This document shows, in pieces, positions 37,501 to 51,469 of a stretch of 64,000 nucleotides of DNA. Under the pieces are notes generated by a model. That model did no database searches. It had not been told where the DNA came from and saw only the letters and a list, made by a program, of their open reading frames with translations. The DNA is from Raillietiella orientalis (lineage: Eukaryota): the NCBI GenBank assembly GCA_036172245.1, contig JAYWIR010000006.1:372001-436000 (forward strand), in the 5' to 3' direction. The position numbers and the translations under genes were made by a program. The stretch's first letter is position 1, and each line of letters begins with the position of its first letter.

Positions 37501-37849
37501 TGCAGAAGACGCCTTCCAGCACCCGGTGATCCCTTCCCTAACCATTCCAATTCTTTTTGCATATATGTTTTTGTTTTCTTTTTATTTCTATTTGCTCCCT
37601 CCTTCTCCACTGCCGAGGAGAACTGGCCGGCCTGCGTGTCGGTTACTCTACAGGTTGAGAACATTTTCGGACGATGAAGGAGGATGGTCCCACATATGTA
37701 TATTCATCATTTTTTTTTTTATTAGAAACTCCCCTATGTTACCGTGTGTTAAACCAAGAAACGACATACATTAGCGTGCATTCAGTATATACAAAGCTTT
37801 TTTGAGTCCTTGTACGAGAATTTTAAACCCGCTGACAGGATTTGTAGAT

Positions 37850-40200
37850 AGGGAGCTCTTCCTTATCCTCTGTCTATACAGGAGCGGAAGAATTACGGGA
37901 TAGTGCCTGAGCGATGGCAGTGATTTTCGGCAGCTCAGAGATGTTCAGACTGCACTTTTCAGATACCGATGCTAATTTTCATCGCGAGTGTTCGCTGGTC
38001 AGCCGTTTGAAGATGACGAGATGTGTGACTCCTGCATGCGACTCTGGCGAGGTCGGAGTTAATTTTCCACTTGTTTTCTGGGAGGGCAAGCAGAGAATTG
38101 CAAATGTGATGCCGAATAAGAGCTTCTTTCGAACATCTCCTTAAGGTAGGTCTAATATGCCTGGAAGTAAGATCATCATTAGGTTGATGCTTTCCTGAAC
38201 TGTTCACGGCCTTCTGGCTGTCATTCTTGAAGCTGCATTGAGTTCAGGGTTCACTTTGTCGAAAGGGGAGGTCTGAAGTGGTTTCTGTTCTTTCCGAAAG
38301 TAGGAGAGTTTCTTTTGCAGCTGTCGGAAATTGGGCAGCTGCAAGTCCAGTATTTGCCTACGAGGCACCAAGTTCTCAAAGTGTTTCTGTCACATCCACA
38401 ACTTCTTCCTGGTCCCTTAGGAAGAGGGGTTAGGTCCTCAATTCGAGTTCTAGCTTCCTCTTAGCATTCCACAGCGTGCCCTGCTGTCTCGGGTAAGAAG
38501 AAGCCGGAAGGTAGAAGGAGAACCAGGGTACTACAGAAAGGTCTAGACTGTTTGTTCTTCCAGTATCAAGAAACTCACATCTTGGGACGAACCTAGGGTT
38601 CCTTCGGCCTTCATTTAGGCGATCAGGTCAGAGTGGGCATCGTGGTCGCTCCAGAGTACAAGAGTGCGATGCTCATGGAAATCATCAGGAAGCACTGGTC
38701 CGGTCACTTTCCCCAAGACATTCCTGCTCCACCCATGAGCCTATTCTTAGATGAATCAGCTGGAGGAGTTTTATGAACGAACCCTACGGGAGTAGAACGT
38801 TGGCAGCAGAAGAAACGACCATGGGAGACCAGATTTGAACGGCGACTTGGCATTCGCCGAGAACCCTTCTCCACATTAGCCAGCCGCCTTCCAGATGCAG
38901 GTCCCTCTCGTCGAAGATCCTCTTCGGAAAAGCCGAGGCATCGTCACCATCGTCGTGAGGAAGAGGTGATCTGTAAGGATGCTCCCCACAGCGCCGTCCT
39001 TTCGGATCCTCAGAGGGGGAGCGGTGGAAACGTGTCCTTGAGGGACGGATGGACGGGTATGTCGGAAGCGCGCAGCCTTCGAGGAAAAGCCGAAGATCCT
39101 GCCGCCTTGGGGCGGTGTTTATGAGAGCGACCAGACAGCGAGGCTGCTTCCTGCACTTCGTCGACCCTCACTAGGATGGATGCATAGTCACCCTTCCTCG
39201 AGGGGAAGACTGCAGGCGCATCTTCCCTCCGAATAGTCACAGGGAAGGGCAACACGCAGGAAGCGAAAGCGCTGCGTCTCACCAACCGACCTACTTCCGC
39301 GCTGTGATCTGAGAACGCGCCTTCGGAGGGTGTGACTGGGAGTAGACCTTCAGGACCTTTGCTCCTCCTGTCGTCCGTGAAGGAAGGAGATGAGAGCATA
39401 CAGCAGGAGGAAAGACGTTTGCCTCACGGGGCTGGCTGCCTCCACCTCAGGACGCGCGAGACTGGACGGAGGCGTAGTTCGCGGCAGCAAAGAACCAAAA
39501 GCCAGAGTGATGCCAAAGCCAAAAGCCAAGGCCAAAGCTCAAGGACTGGTCACGTTCTGGGAATCTTTTGCTCCCAGTTGCGATCCTTAGTCTTCTTGGG
39601 AAGATCACGAGGCTCAGAGTTGCTCTTTTCTGGAAAAAAAAAGAAGAGAGACAAGAGAAAAAGATGCATTCATTAATTATTATTATTATTTTTTTTAAAT
39701 CGACGAATCCGTTCTCGCTAGACCTTTTCAACCCGTTGTAGGGAGACGAGCATGTTTCCGGGTTTTGGCACGCCCAGTTTCCCACTCACCACCTTCACTT
39801 CATCCGCGCTGAAGCGGCTTCCCGCGAACTCTCCCGTCCTGAAGGGCTCAGAGAGATGGCGGTCGGATGACGCTCGCTGTAGAGGCTCTGGAAGGCGGGT
39901 CCCATTCTGCATTTCGTCGTTTCCGTTCATGTCAGGAAAGTAGTGAGAACAAATAGGATGTTCGGGATGTGAGGAAAGTACCACCGTGCTCGTCGCCTGT
40001 GCCTCCCCGTCGACGCGCTCTCGCGACGGTCGTCCCTGAGGTCTCTTTAATCTCGGGCGGGTGCCCGCGAGCTGTACGTCACTGTGTCTTCGAGCGCGAC
40101 CTTCCTTTTCGCATGCTCTCTATCCGCCTGTTGGACGTCTTCGGTCTTCCTCGAGTCGTTTGCAAGTCCCAGGGGTCCTTCCACCGGCGGACGCTCTCCT
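37850..40200. pseudogene. Several short PB2-like pieces: ~37850-38144 (+), ~38150-38500 (-), 39010-39399 (-), ~39718-40200 (-)
   Basis: VFWEGKQ; QQGTLW (flu EQGQTLW); RLVRRSA (flu NIVRRAA); PEIKETSGT (flu EEVSETQGT). Confidence 0.45.
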
Positions 40201-41849
40201 TGCTGCCTTTCTCTTATTTGTTCTTTCTTTGAATCCGATCCGCCCCTACTTTTGAAATGAGCCTCGTAAATGGAAAGTCAAGTTAAGAGTTATCGAAGTA
40301 TAAGAACAGTAAAGGTCCACAGAACGCTATGGTGTTCTCGCTGTTTCGTTGGAATCGGTCTCAGTTGTTACCAAGCAGAGAAACGCCCTCCTGCACCCAT
40401 CATTGCCGTAAACCCAGGACCTTGGCTTCGCTGGGGGCTTGCCACGTCCGTTGGTCTGTAGTGCATTTTCGTTAGTGCCACGGTCTCGATGAATTGAAAA
40501 CCTCTCATTCCTTCTAACCGTAAGATGCATCACATATCGTGAGAGTGATGATGAAAGGATCTAGGAACGCGAACGTTACATGTCATCTTTCATTCCCTCG
40601 GATCCAAAGGTTTCAAAATTATTTATGCTATTTTTCTTCGCACGCACGAAAGTGCAAATGGTGGAAATTCCGCGTGTCGTGTGAAACTGTGAGAAGTCAT
40701 CGTAATGACCAAATGGAAACCAAAAGGTGATCCAGATATGGATCTTCGGGAAGGAAAGTTCCTACTGAGGCATCGCATTCATTTCTTTGACTCTTTTGCT
40801 GCTTTTTGCCAGAGGACTAAACGGGACGCTTTGAATTCCTATCCTGTTCTTGGATGTGCGTGAAGTTGTTGATCATTGGCAATTGAGTCGTTGGCATCAC
40901 TTTTCATCGCTAGTGTGTGAATGTCTCTTGTTTGCAGCCATAATTCCAGGACATTACTCGGGCAAGCAGTTGAAGGGAGAGATTTCGCTGTTTGCAAGTT
41001 CTATGCTGAACATCTTTTGCGAAACCAGCAGCAGGAAGTCGGAAGTATTCCCTACACGGAAACCTTGCAGCTGTCGAGTGTTAAGCAAACCTTTTCTTCG
41101 TGACCGTGAAAAAAAAAAAAAAAAGGATTGTACCTTCGAATGGTCTCGAAATTCTGCTGGTCTCCACGCAAACAGATCTGTTTTCCAGAACTGATGTTGT
41201 TGCATTTATCATCTGTGCTGTCCTAATGCCATAGTGGATAGGCTACAGAACGCGATTCTTCATGAAACTGATACTGATGCCCTGAAGAGTCCATGCTGCC
41301 GATTTGAAAATTTTCTGTAGTTCCCTTCCTTTCATCCAAGGATGGAATGATCGCCTTAAATTCGTGAGATTTGCATCCTAAATCCTGGATGGCGATTAAT
41401 CGGAACAGGCTGCGCTGCATCTGGCAACTAATCGCATTTACTTGTGGAAGACATTGAGAATTGTTTGAGAGTTGAGAAATTTCTCACGACGATTCAGTTG
41501 TGTACATGTGCTTGTACATGGTGTCAGTGTTTACGTTTGAGTTACGCATTAGATGTTCCTGTTCCACTGCACCTAAAGTTCAGCATTTCATCTGCACCAA
41601 TCAGAGGAAAATGGTGAACACTGTCCATTCCCTGAGAAGTTGAAATGGGTCCTGCTCCTGGAGCAAAACAGCTGCAAGTCAGCAAAGGTCATGAAAGGAA
41701 AATAAGCAACAAAGCTGTGGAAATCGTTCGATTTTATTTTCCTGCACACATCTGCCTTGCACGTTACCTACGAGGCATCCACACAATTGCAGGATTTTGG
41801 GTACGTCACACTCATAGTCGTGCATATCGTGTCGCTCATTGAAGAATCG

Positions 41850-43230
41850 TTGCGTTCGTGGAAGCTCAGTATTTCCCCCAAAATTCCTGGAATGGGGAGA
41901 GCAAACCGAAATTAAACCCATGACCTTCTTTACCAGCTCCCGCTCCTTCTTCAAGGGAAAAGAGCTCTAATTAATCTTATTGGGGAATGTTTAAGGGAAC
42001 AAAAGAGAAAAGGGGCTTCTGATTTGCTTGCGTTCATGCCTATCTTAAAGATCTCCTGTGCTTCATGGATCTGAAATCCACTTTCTCGATGCCAGAAGAA
42101 CTACTACAAGAAATAGAAGCAGCCACGAGTATGTCGAGATTCCCACTTGGCTCCATATCACTCCGAAAGGAGCTTTCCCGATACTTGGCGGCTGACATTG
42201 TAGATATCTCTGAAGCAAGAGAAAGCTCGTGAGCTCTCTGCTGTTTTGCCATCGCAGAGGAGATTTTTTGCAGTGAACGAAAGATGTTCCTTGGATACAG
42301 AAAAGGTTCCACCTGCGAAAGCAATCGAGCGGATCAAAACAAGTGTCTCCTCACTGATCCCGATTTCTCCTGAAACATAGAGTCTCCTATGCAATGTGAC
42401 GGCAAGAAATCCTGCTCAGCTCTTTCGTCCTTATGAACAAATGACGTTAGTCACTAATTAAAGGCATCCTAGTGTGTTGATCCATGTATGCACTAATTTA
42501 TATACTTGCAGCATGATATTTCTGAGGAACAAGGACTACACCATAAATGGTTCATTCAGTTCACCTTCACATCAATCGGAATAAGCAGTTCCCATATTTG
42601 GGAGTCTCTGTTCCAATTTTTCATTCCTGTTGAAAGCCAAGGGTTTGGGAGGAGGCCCGAGTTACTTCTAAACATGCATGCTCGACAGGGAAAGTAAGCG
42701 AAGGGCACGTGGAAATTCCTGGAGGCAAATCCGGATTTCATTTGCGAGCAACTTCAGCGAACCTTTCTTGCGCATCTTGTTGATTGTGTTGACTATCTGA
42801 AGAAGAAGTAAGAAGAAATTCACCCCAAGCGAATCGGGGGAAACCAACACAGCAGAGAACACGATCTAAGGAAAAGATGGAACTTTGATTACAAGGCGAA
42901 CCAAGGACAGCATCACGCGCTTGGCAAGCGGTCCCTGAAGCTGTTCTTTCGCAACTGTTCTTGTCTTTAGCTGGGAAGAAAATTCGAAAGCCACGAAAAA
43001 CACCTTAAGGTTTGGTTTGCGATCTGGGAAGATTTCTGGAAGCAAGAGAAACGAGCTCTTTGCAACACTTGCTGCTGGATGAGTTTCTATTGAATTTTGG
43101 CAATGCTAGTTGGAGGTGCGTTGATGGAGAAGCTGTGCGTCAGGCGACCGGCGTTTTTTGTTTCATTTGCCACTTTTCTGGTCATTTCGACTTCCTCTTC
43201 AGATTTTGGACAAGCGAGATTTCTTAGCTA
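41850..43230 (+). pseudogene. Long influenza-like PB2 EVE (approx. residues 30-560)
   Basis: LGSISLRKELSRYLAADI, IAEEIFCSE, IERIKTSVSSLIPISPET, INGSFS, DLGRFLEARE, WRCVDGEAVRQAT, all colinear with flu PB2. Confidence 0.8.
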
Positions 43231-45264
43231 TGCAGCTTGCAGCGGGACCATCACAGTTTTTTTTTTTTTTTTTTTTTTTTATTCGGACATTAAAATTTCA
43301 AATAGCTCATCGAGATGTAACCCCGGTTAACCAAAGACCATCTCTCAGTTTCCTGTCCATCAAGAGTTGTTGAAGGAGTGACATTGAAATATCTCAGAAA
43401 CATGAACTCATGCGTCCATGTAATAATAGCAAGATGAATCATAAGACGGATCGTAAGACGAATCCTACGCTACTATGGTGCTGTGATTCTCCTGATCGCA
43501 GTACGAGTCGGCTATAAAGCGGTTGGATTTTAGAATTGCAGCCTGCTGCTCCGTTAAACGTTTTGAGATGCTGTGTGGATCATGAGGTTATGGTAAGATG
43601 CACAGATCTTACTAGTCGATTTTTTTTTTCCCCGAGGGAGCCGTCTACGCAACGAATGACTTGTTTTTCGTAGATAGGGTTATGTTTGAATGATTTAAAA
43701 GGACCTATTTATATAAATAGGAAGGAAGGAATGATAATAATATTATAAGTGCATGAGTGGGATTGTATACGTGTGCGCACGTATATGTGCTGCTATACGT
43801 TTCGGATGATGAATGCATCAGGAAGTCAGCTCTATGAGATTCATTATTCGCTTGCTTTCAAATGAGGAACTCTTTCTTTGGCATTGGGATGTTCGGATCC
43901 GCTTCCGGCCATGAGGCATGCGGCCGCAGATGTGGAATTTCTTACCTAACTTTATAGGGAACTGGAATGTGGTTTGCTCTTTCTACGCTTTCTAGTTGCC
44001 AGCCGCGTCTTCAGCCCAGTGCGCGATATTCGAAATGAAGCAATGCAATTTCCACAGCAGGAAAGAAAGAGTGCATCTGCGAAGATGAATGAATGAATAA
44101 ATGAACTTTCCTGTGAAACGCGAAACAAGTAGAAGTTTCAAATCGTTTGCACTCTTTTACAGTTCGTTTTGAAAATCTGCTGCTGTCGGTGTTGTGCATT
44201 TGCTGACCTCCTCCGATTTCCTCTCAGAGGGAACAAACCAAGAAAACACCCTCTCCACTCCCTTGTCAAGTTCTGAATTTTCCGGGTTTTCTCCTGGAAC
44301 TTCCGCCTTCCAGGAAAGTTGCAAATCATAACGCGTCCGCGATCAGACCCAGACGAGACGTGACAAAGCCAACTGAATTACATCACGATAGAGGCTAATA
44401 GAGGGGGGGGGGGAGAGACAGGAACCGCTTCTTTGCTGGTCGGAAAGCCCGAAGCGGAGTTTCCGGAAAAGCTGGTAAACATGTCATCTCAGCACAGGAG
44501 CGCCACGCAGTGGGATGCGATCCATCAACTCAATACGGACAAGCAAACGCAATCTGATTATCTTCAGTGCAGCAGCAATTTGCCGTGCATTTTAGCGTGC
44601 ATGAAATTCATTTATTTCTACTGACTTATTCATTTTGATTGGCACTTCCCGAATCAGAAGCGTCGATGAATAATAAACCAAGAGAATTTCACATTGATTT
44701 TTGCAAAGTATATTAAATAATGGGGGGTTCTTCTGTCTGCCTTTTCAATGCGAGACATCAGGATAATGAGTGTTCGTCGCCCTGAACTTAACCTGCACTC
44801 CTGAAACCATTAGCAAAGTCTCACCAACATAGCAAACTGCGTTTTTTTCAAACTGCAACCTCCCGTGGCTTATCTTTCATTGGTTACTCTTCGAATTCGG
44901 CACTCCGCTATATAAGTTCCTGCCAGAGGGTAAGCTGCCCCACTCGCGTGGTGCCTTTGGCACGTGATTTTGCGGATATGCCTAAAAAATGAAATGGCAT
45001 TATCGGCGAACGTGAAATTTTTCTGTCTGCTCATCTCTTTGATGATCGGTAAGTGGAGCAACTGGAAATCATTGTTCAGCGACTCTGTGTGATCAGCAAA
45101 GTAATCCCCTGCCTTTCTGATGCTGTGGTCATTGCGTTCCGATCCCCGAAATTGCCCGTGCTGCTACCCGGTGCACTTGGCCTACCTTTCAGTTTCTTCC
45201 TTTAACCGACAGCTCTCGTTTGTTCCCACCAAACCACGCAGGAGAGTGTTCACCGCAGCACCTG

Positions 45265-46220
45265 TTATTGAGTTGGGAAGCACAGGAGCATAAAAGTCCG
45301 TTTCAAAGTTCTGTGCATGTCCCCCCCTCCTTTGAGGCATTCCGAAACGGACCACGAGAAATTAAAATCTCTTGAGAAGGCGTACGCATTGAAAGAGAAG
45401 AGGAACACCTCTTTCTGTTTCGAGCTATTCTTTTTGTCTTTGCGCACGAAGTTCATTACCAAAGCTGACTGAGGTAAACTTTTGCCTTCTAAGGAAGAAG
45501 GCAAAAGTTTCGGGGTTGATGGGAAGCTTCGAAGAGTACGGCTTTGCTCCTCCATTCCTTTTGTTTTGGAAGCGTAGTAATGCACGGGCATGAATTGGTT
45601 TATTTAGAAACTTGAAGGCTCGGGTGCATCTTGCAACCCTGCCTTCAAGCAAATCTCTGCTCTTAGTAAGGCGAACTACTTTGCTAATATCATCTGGACC
45701 GCCGATTCCATTGAGGACGTGCATCAAAGATGTTTCCACTGTTAGCTCCAATTTCCTTCCGAAGAGATCCGTGTGTCATCCATTGAAAAATGCGTACAAA
45801 GCGCTAACAAAATGATGAGTTCAGGAGCACTCTTCGCTAAAATGCTAGAGGGGTGATTTCCAAAAGATTTGACCTTCTGATCCAACGTTCCATGTTTGAT
45901 TCCCTATTATGCTTTCTTGAAATAGAAGTAGCATTTCTTCTTTTGGAGCTCTGCAGAATTTTATGGAAGGACTCCTGTACACTCCTGTATTTGGAACAGA
46001 GTAGAAATCCCAAGCTATGCACATGTGGCTGAATTTCAGCATTCCCGAGATTCCATCCGTCAGATGAGAAAAAAACGGATTCCTGCTTCCTCATCTGCAG
46101 CTCCCACACAGTGTCTCCGTACATAGGAGATCTAGTGAGCAGCTGCCAAATGAGCAAGTGGGAGCAAATCCACACACGTGAGAGCAACCAAATGTACGTT
46201 GGCGACAGCAGGCAGGTCAT
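45265..46220 (-). pseudogene. PB2-like EVE, N-terminal to cap-binding region
   Basis: RVWICS, EITPL (flu KISPL), VETSLMHV, AYAFSRD (flu AMVFSQE). Confidence 0.6.
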
Positions 46221-46299
46221 ACTTCTTTATAAAAAAGATAGGATAGTTATGCCGAAAAAGCCACGGCCTTTGACAAAAGCAGAACGTTGAAGAACCATT

Positions 46300-47150
46300 T
46301 TGCGCCTGCCATTGTGCGTCAGAAAATCCTTGAAAATGGGGTCTCTTGGTTGCATTCGTGTCTCGGATCGGAAATCCTGCAAGCGAAAAGAGCATGTAAG
46401 AAACTTTGTAGAATACTTCACATCGGAACGTGCACTTCCACTCTCGTACAAGAAAAGGTACGATACATTTGCCAAGATTCCCAGAGAAGAAGACCTTCGG
46501 CGAATCACATGGATACTCATATGAATATTCATGCGTGCTTCTGCGTGTTCGAGAGTTTATTCAAAATTCCCGTTGATGAGGACACCATCTTAATTACTGA
46601 GAGCTGCTCATTAATTGATTATAAACTTAGGATTCAGTCTTCCTCCCCTCATAAGCGAAAACAATAGACAATAATCGCTTAGCATCATTTCAAGTCCTCA
46701 TGAGAAGCCCTTTGGCTTTCGGGGTCTGATGGATCTGTGGGAGGTGCATTCAGTTACCATCCTGAAATGCCGTCGTAACATCTTCGGAACATGGAACTGA
46801 TGGCGTAACGAGAAGACGTATCAACTGGTGCACTTTGAAAGGCGTTTGCAAACGCCTGGAGCTCGGACAATTCGTGTTATCGGAAGGTGAGAGGGGATCG
46901 TGCCAAAGTTCGAACACCAACACTCTGCAGTTCCAGCGCTGTTTGGATCCACAATCGACTCACACAGGAAGAGTATGAGTAGTCCTTTGTATTCGCGTAT
47001 TACATCCCGCTCGTCGAAACTGATGCTTTGTTCTTCTCTGAAAAGGAAAATGGGCCAGGCGCAACAAGAATTTCGGTTGCCATTTCGGGTCGGATTCTTG
47101 ACCATCGCGTTTCTCCTTTCTAAGGGCTTCGTCCGTGGCCCCTCCCACCA
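46300..47150 (+). pseudogene. PB2-like EVE
   Basis: LKMGSLGCIRVSDRKSCKRKEHV vs flu [39 protein letters not shown]. Confidence 0.6.
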
Positions 47151-47494
47151 ATCTGAATCTGAATCTCAAGAATAAATTACGAATCATCCCCTAGCTCCAT
47201 CAGAATGATCTCTTGCGGTGCTCAAGACCGCGGCCGTTTCAGCCCCTTCCTTCATTTCATTCGCGATTCCTAGAAACCTCAAGGAATGAAATTTCCGCTT
47301 CATCGGGTGTCTTCAGAGAAAAAGATTCCTTCTACTCGATCCACTCAATCCTTCCCAGCCATCTCTTACATGCAGATTATCTGATTGATTCCCGCTTCGC
47401 AGTTAGATGGTTCGAATCACACAGAGAATCGAAAACCTCCTATTGTCTGAAAAGATTAGAATTCAAAGAGTGCAAGAGAACCATTTGGCCCTCT

Positions 47495-48070
47495 TAGGAT
47501 GCCGTGTGGTTACGGTGGTCTCCGCAGCGTGGCACCATGAGTCGCGGGTTTGAATACTCCGAACGGAATCGACTCAGGGCGTCGTGGGTCCCGAGTTCAT
47601 CCCACAAGATGACGCTGGTTGGCCTACAGCCTACTGGTAGAGGTTGAAATCGGATGCCTCGATGAGGGCCGGGACAAATGGGAGTCGACCTCCGGGTCCT
47701 TCCAGGAATCACGGAGTGGGAGCTCCCCTCCGGTTGTGAGGGAGAGGAACCCCCTTTCGGGGAGGACCAGTCCGCATTGGACTGATGGAGTAGGTGTGTC
47801 GCCGCCACCTCTCCAGAAAGTGCAGAGACGAGAGACGATCCCTTTGGGGAAGCTGCGTCCTTCTGAATTTCGGAAGCGTCCCTTCTGGGTTCTCTTCAGA
47901 GTAAAAACAGGAGAGGATTCCTTGCGGGGGATCCCTCCAGAGAAGAAATTCCAGGATCGGATCCTTTTCGGGTTCCCTTCAGAGAAGAAAAACTGGGACG
48001 GATCCCCCCGGGAGTCCTCCGCAGAGAATGAGGAAGGAGAGTCCCCTTCAGGATTCCCCTTCGGAGACTT
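47495..48070 (+). mobile_element. Second, more degraded copy of the putative tRNA-derived SINE
   Basis: GTCGCGGGTTTGAATAC head, GGTCCTTCCAGGAATCACGGAGT body and CCCTCCAGAGAAGAAATTCCAGGA units match 50325-50850. Confidence 0.5.
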
Positions 48071-49749
48071 GTGCTTCGTTTCACTGCAGATAAGGCTGCC
48101 TCATTCAAAAACCGACGTTGCAGCTTACTCTGCTTCGCGCTGGTTGCAGCTTCCAGAGGACCATCTTTTTCATCAGGGGATCACGTTCGGGAGATGCTCC
48201 ATTCGTCCCGAGTTCGGCTCTCGCTGCGGGTTTCTTCCTCTCTTCTCCGCCGTGGAGGAGCTGATCGCCCCCAAAGCGAGAGGTTTCGAATCTTCGAATG
48301 ACCCACGCGGACGTTGCGGATCGTTGGTAATCCGGTCATCCGCCTCTTGGTCCGGCGGCGCTGAAGTGAAGGAACAGCCTCGCAAAGTTCCTTTGCATTC
48401 TCAGGGTCATCTTCGTTCTCCTGATTTTCCCCCTTCACGAGAAATTCCCCTCTCTTAAAATCGCCCCCCTTTCTGCTCATTCGCACTTGCAGCCGGGCTG
48501 GTCCAAAATCCCGCACGCCGAATTCCAGAACAGAAATCGCCAATCTCGGAAGATCACAAAAAATAAATACATATGTCTATTATCTATATTTGTACATAGA
48601 TTAATATATATTATAAGGATTATGTGCTTAGCTTGCATATCAATATATATATTAATATATGGACTAACGGACAAATTTATTTCAGAGTACAAATCTATTA
48701 ACATAATTAATGATGCGTATGAATATATATATAAAGGATTATAAAAATAAATGCACATGTTTTATTATATATATAAATTTACATTTATATGTGTAATAAA
48801 GATGCGTATATTAAATAAACACATGAATATGGAATTATGAGCACATATATTTATCAAGAGCCCGAAAACAGAATTCATCGCTTATTGAGGATGTTTCATT
48901 TACTGTGTGTCTGAAATGACAGGAAAAGGAAGTATCAGATTTCTTTTTTTTTTTCTATTCTGTTTGCTTTTTATTTCCCTTCTATTTTTCTTCGTAATTC
49001 GATATTTATATATTCGTTTAATATACATATATATAAGAAACCCATCTATTAACTATTTATAATTTTTGTCATATATGTTGATCTATGTAGGATCTATATA
49101 TATATATACGTATATTATACATATATAATATATGTATATGTTTATTTTTTATGATCTTTCGAGATTTCGACATTCGGTACCTGACGATCGATACCTCCCT
49201 AAATGAAATCGAATCCACTGATGTCTGGGGAAGTCAGCCAGGTCTGAGGTCTGAGTCGGAGGTCAGCTGAACTTTAACACACTCAAAACAAAAGACAAAC
49301 GCCATTGGGGGTGGGTGGATCGACAGAGTTCCGCCGAGCTGCCGTGCGAATTGGTACAGCAGTGGAACACTACTCAAACGAATTCGTCGATCTTGAGCGG
49401 GAACAATCACTGTGACCAAATAGTGACTCATCGTCGTGAGCGCACAATACGGCACGCATGTTTGGGACGGGTTGCTGGCTGCACGCGTCCCATTTCCATT
49501 GCTCCAGCTCGTTGTTGTTATTTTTTATCCTCAACGTGGGCTGGAATCTTCTTCGTCAGCAAGCTTTCTGTAAAATTCCAGCACACACGCACACATATGT
49601 ATATATTTACGTATGCATGTACAGGTATAAAGGGATTGTTCACTCACGGTTAGACTTGTTACATAGAATCCTCACTCCTCCAAGAGACCTGCGAAGAAGG
49701 CAGCGAAGATGACCTGCCATCGCGGTCTGCTACTCCTTTAGAAATGGAC

Positions 49750-50276
49750 GACTACGCTGGCAGGCGAGCAGTCGAAATCCTGCTGAAGATTCTCAATTTT
49801 TCCAAGTAATCTGAGGGAGCAGAAAGATTCGGATTTTCCCATCCAGTTTCAGCCATTGGAGCATAATGGGTGTCCTGTCGCTCAACCACAACGTGTCTCT
49901 TTCGCCGGGCGCCACCTGTGAAACAGTGAGGAAGATGTTTCATCTGGATGACGAGACTCGACTAGTAGCCCTACACAAGGGAGAGCTGGGTGAGATGCTT
50001 CGAAAAGGGAGCTGCTTCGAGGTCCCTGTTCCAGCGGCACCAAATCTTCCTCAGACGCTGATCTGGAACGTTTCATCTCACTGTCTGTCTTTCGCCGTAA
50101 ATAATGGAAACCTTCCGAAAAAGCAGATTGATCTCATTTGCTCCTCGGAGTCCAACAGAGTGGTCCTGCTCTCATCAGCTGATGAATTCTTGGAGCTGGT
50201 AAGACGCTCACCTCCCAGCGTTACCTTGTGGCTGGGAGATGTGCCGTTTTCATTTTCCTTTTCTCCCACTCTCTGA
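49750..50276 (+). pseudogene. PB2-like EVE
   Basis: LSLNHNVSLSPG (flu [12 protein letters not shown]); weak elsewhere. Confidence 0.4.
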
Positions 50277-50324
50277 ATGACCATCATCCGATTCGTTCAC
50301 GAAATGGAAAGGTACAGCAGCCAC

Positions 50325-50850
50325 AGCCCGGTCGGTAGCCTTGTGGCTGCGGGCTGCGCGCGTGGGTACCGAGAGTTGCGAGTTCGAATCCCGCCCAGGG
50401 AAGGATCGATGCCGACGCTTCATGATCTTGGATTTAGAGTTCCCCTCGTAGGACGATGATGGTTGCCCACGGACTTTGAACTGGGCACCGGTGGAAGCTG
50501 AACGCCCCCGTTGACTGGCCGAGATGTGAAGTGGATCCTCCGTGGTCCTTCTGGGAATCAAGGAGTCGGTTCCCTCGCCGAAGTTCCCCTCTGGTTGTGC
50601 AAATGGATCCTCTATCGAGTACCATGGTGCTGGTTGACCCCTTCCTCGGGGGGTGCCTTTCCGAAGTGTGAAGAAGTGCGCTGCTCCCTTCGAGGAGCTT
50701 CCTTCAGAGGAGGAAACAGGGAGTGGTACTCTTGAGGGTTCCCTCCGGAGAAGAAATTCCAGGAGCTTTCCCTTCCGGATTCATTTCGAAAAAGAATGGA
50801 GCGACCCCTTCCGAGAAGTTTCTCCGGAGAAAATAAGAAAGGTACAGCTT
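50325..50850 (+). mobile_element. Putative tRNA-derived SINE
   Basis: A-box-like TAGCCTTGTGG and B-box GAGTTCGAATC (50380-50390), then a body and ~40-bp degenerate tandem units shared with 47495-48070. Confidence 0.55.
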
Positions 50851-51469
50851 GTGGGATGGCCAGGAAGGCTGTTGTATGCTCCTCCGGAAAGTCGAATTCA
50901 AAGGTCATCGATGACTCGCTGCTGCATTGTTCATTCGACAGGAAGGCAGAGATGGCATCCGTGAATGCGGGAAGGGGAGTTTGAGCACTCAGGAGTAGAA
51001 TGGGTCTGCCAAACGATGGGGAAAAAGTTAGTTGGTTGACAGGGGTGCAGGAGACCATGTGACAGCGCGATCTTGTCCCTGTCAGACAGAGAGAGAGGGA
51101 AAGAAGTGAGGCTTCCCGTTGATTCGGTGAAGTAGCCGCCACTTTCAGCATCTTCTTCCCCCCCCCCCTCTCCCCCAGCCTTTGCAACAGCTGACTTCTT
51201 TTCAGCTGGCTCCCGTTCCTGGAAGATGTAGGAAATGGTGTAGGGGTCAGACCAGGGATCAAGTTTCAGCACCCCGAATACGAAATGGCATCCGCAGTGA
51301 GTCGGATTCCCTTGTACTCGAGAGAGTTCCGGGAGCTTCAGATTCTCGAGAGAAACTTCAAGTCCGCTCTTTCCGCATGGAGACGCAGTGCGTATGCGCA
51401 GAGTACCTTGACCGAGGGAATGACCGAAAATCGAAGGATCCGGAGTGACCTAACCCTCCGCCGGCATAA

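Noticed and set aside
38690..38890. DIRS-type RNase H fragment (SLFLDESAGG, TWHSPRTLLHIS)
   Set aside because: Resemblance too weak, no supporting RT or recombinase motifs
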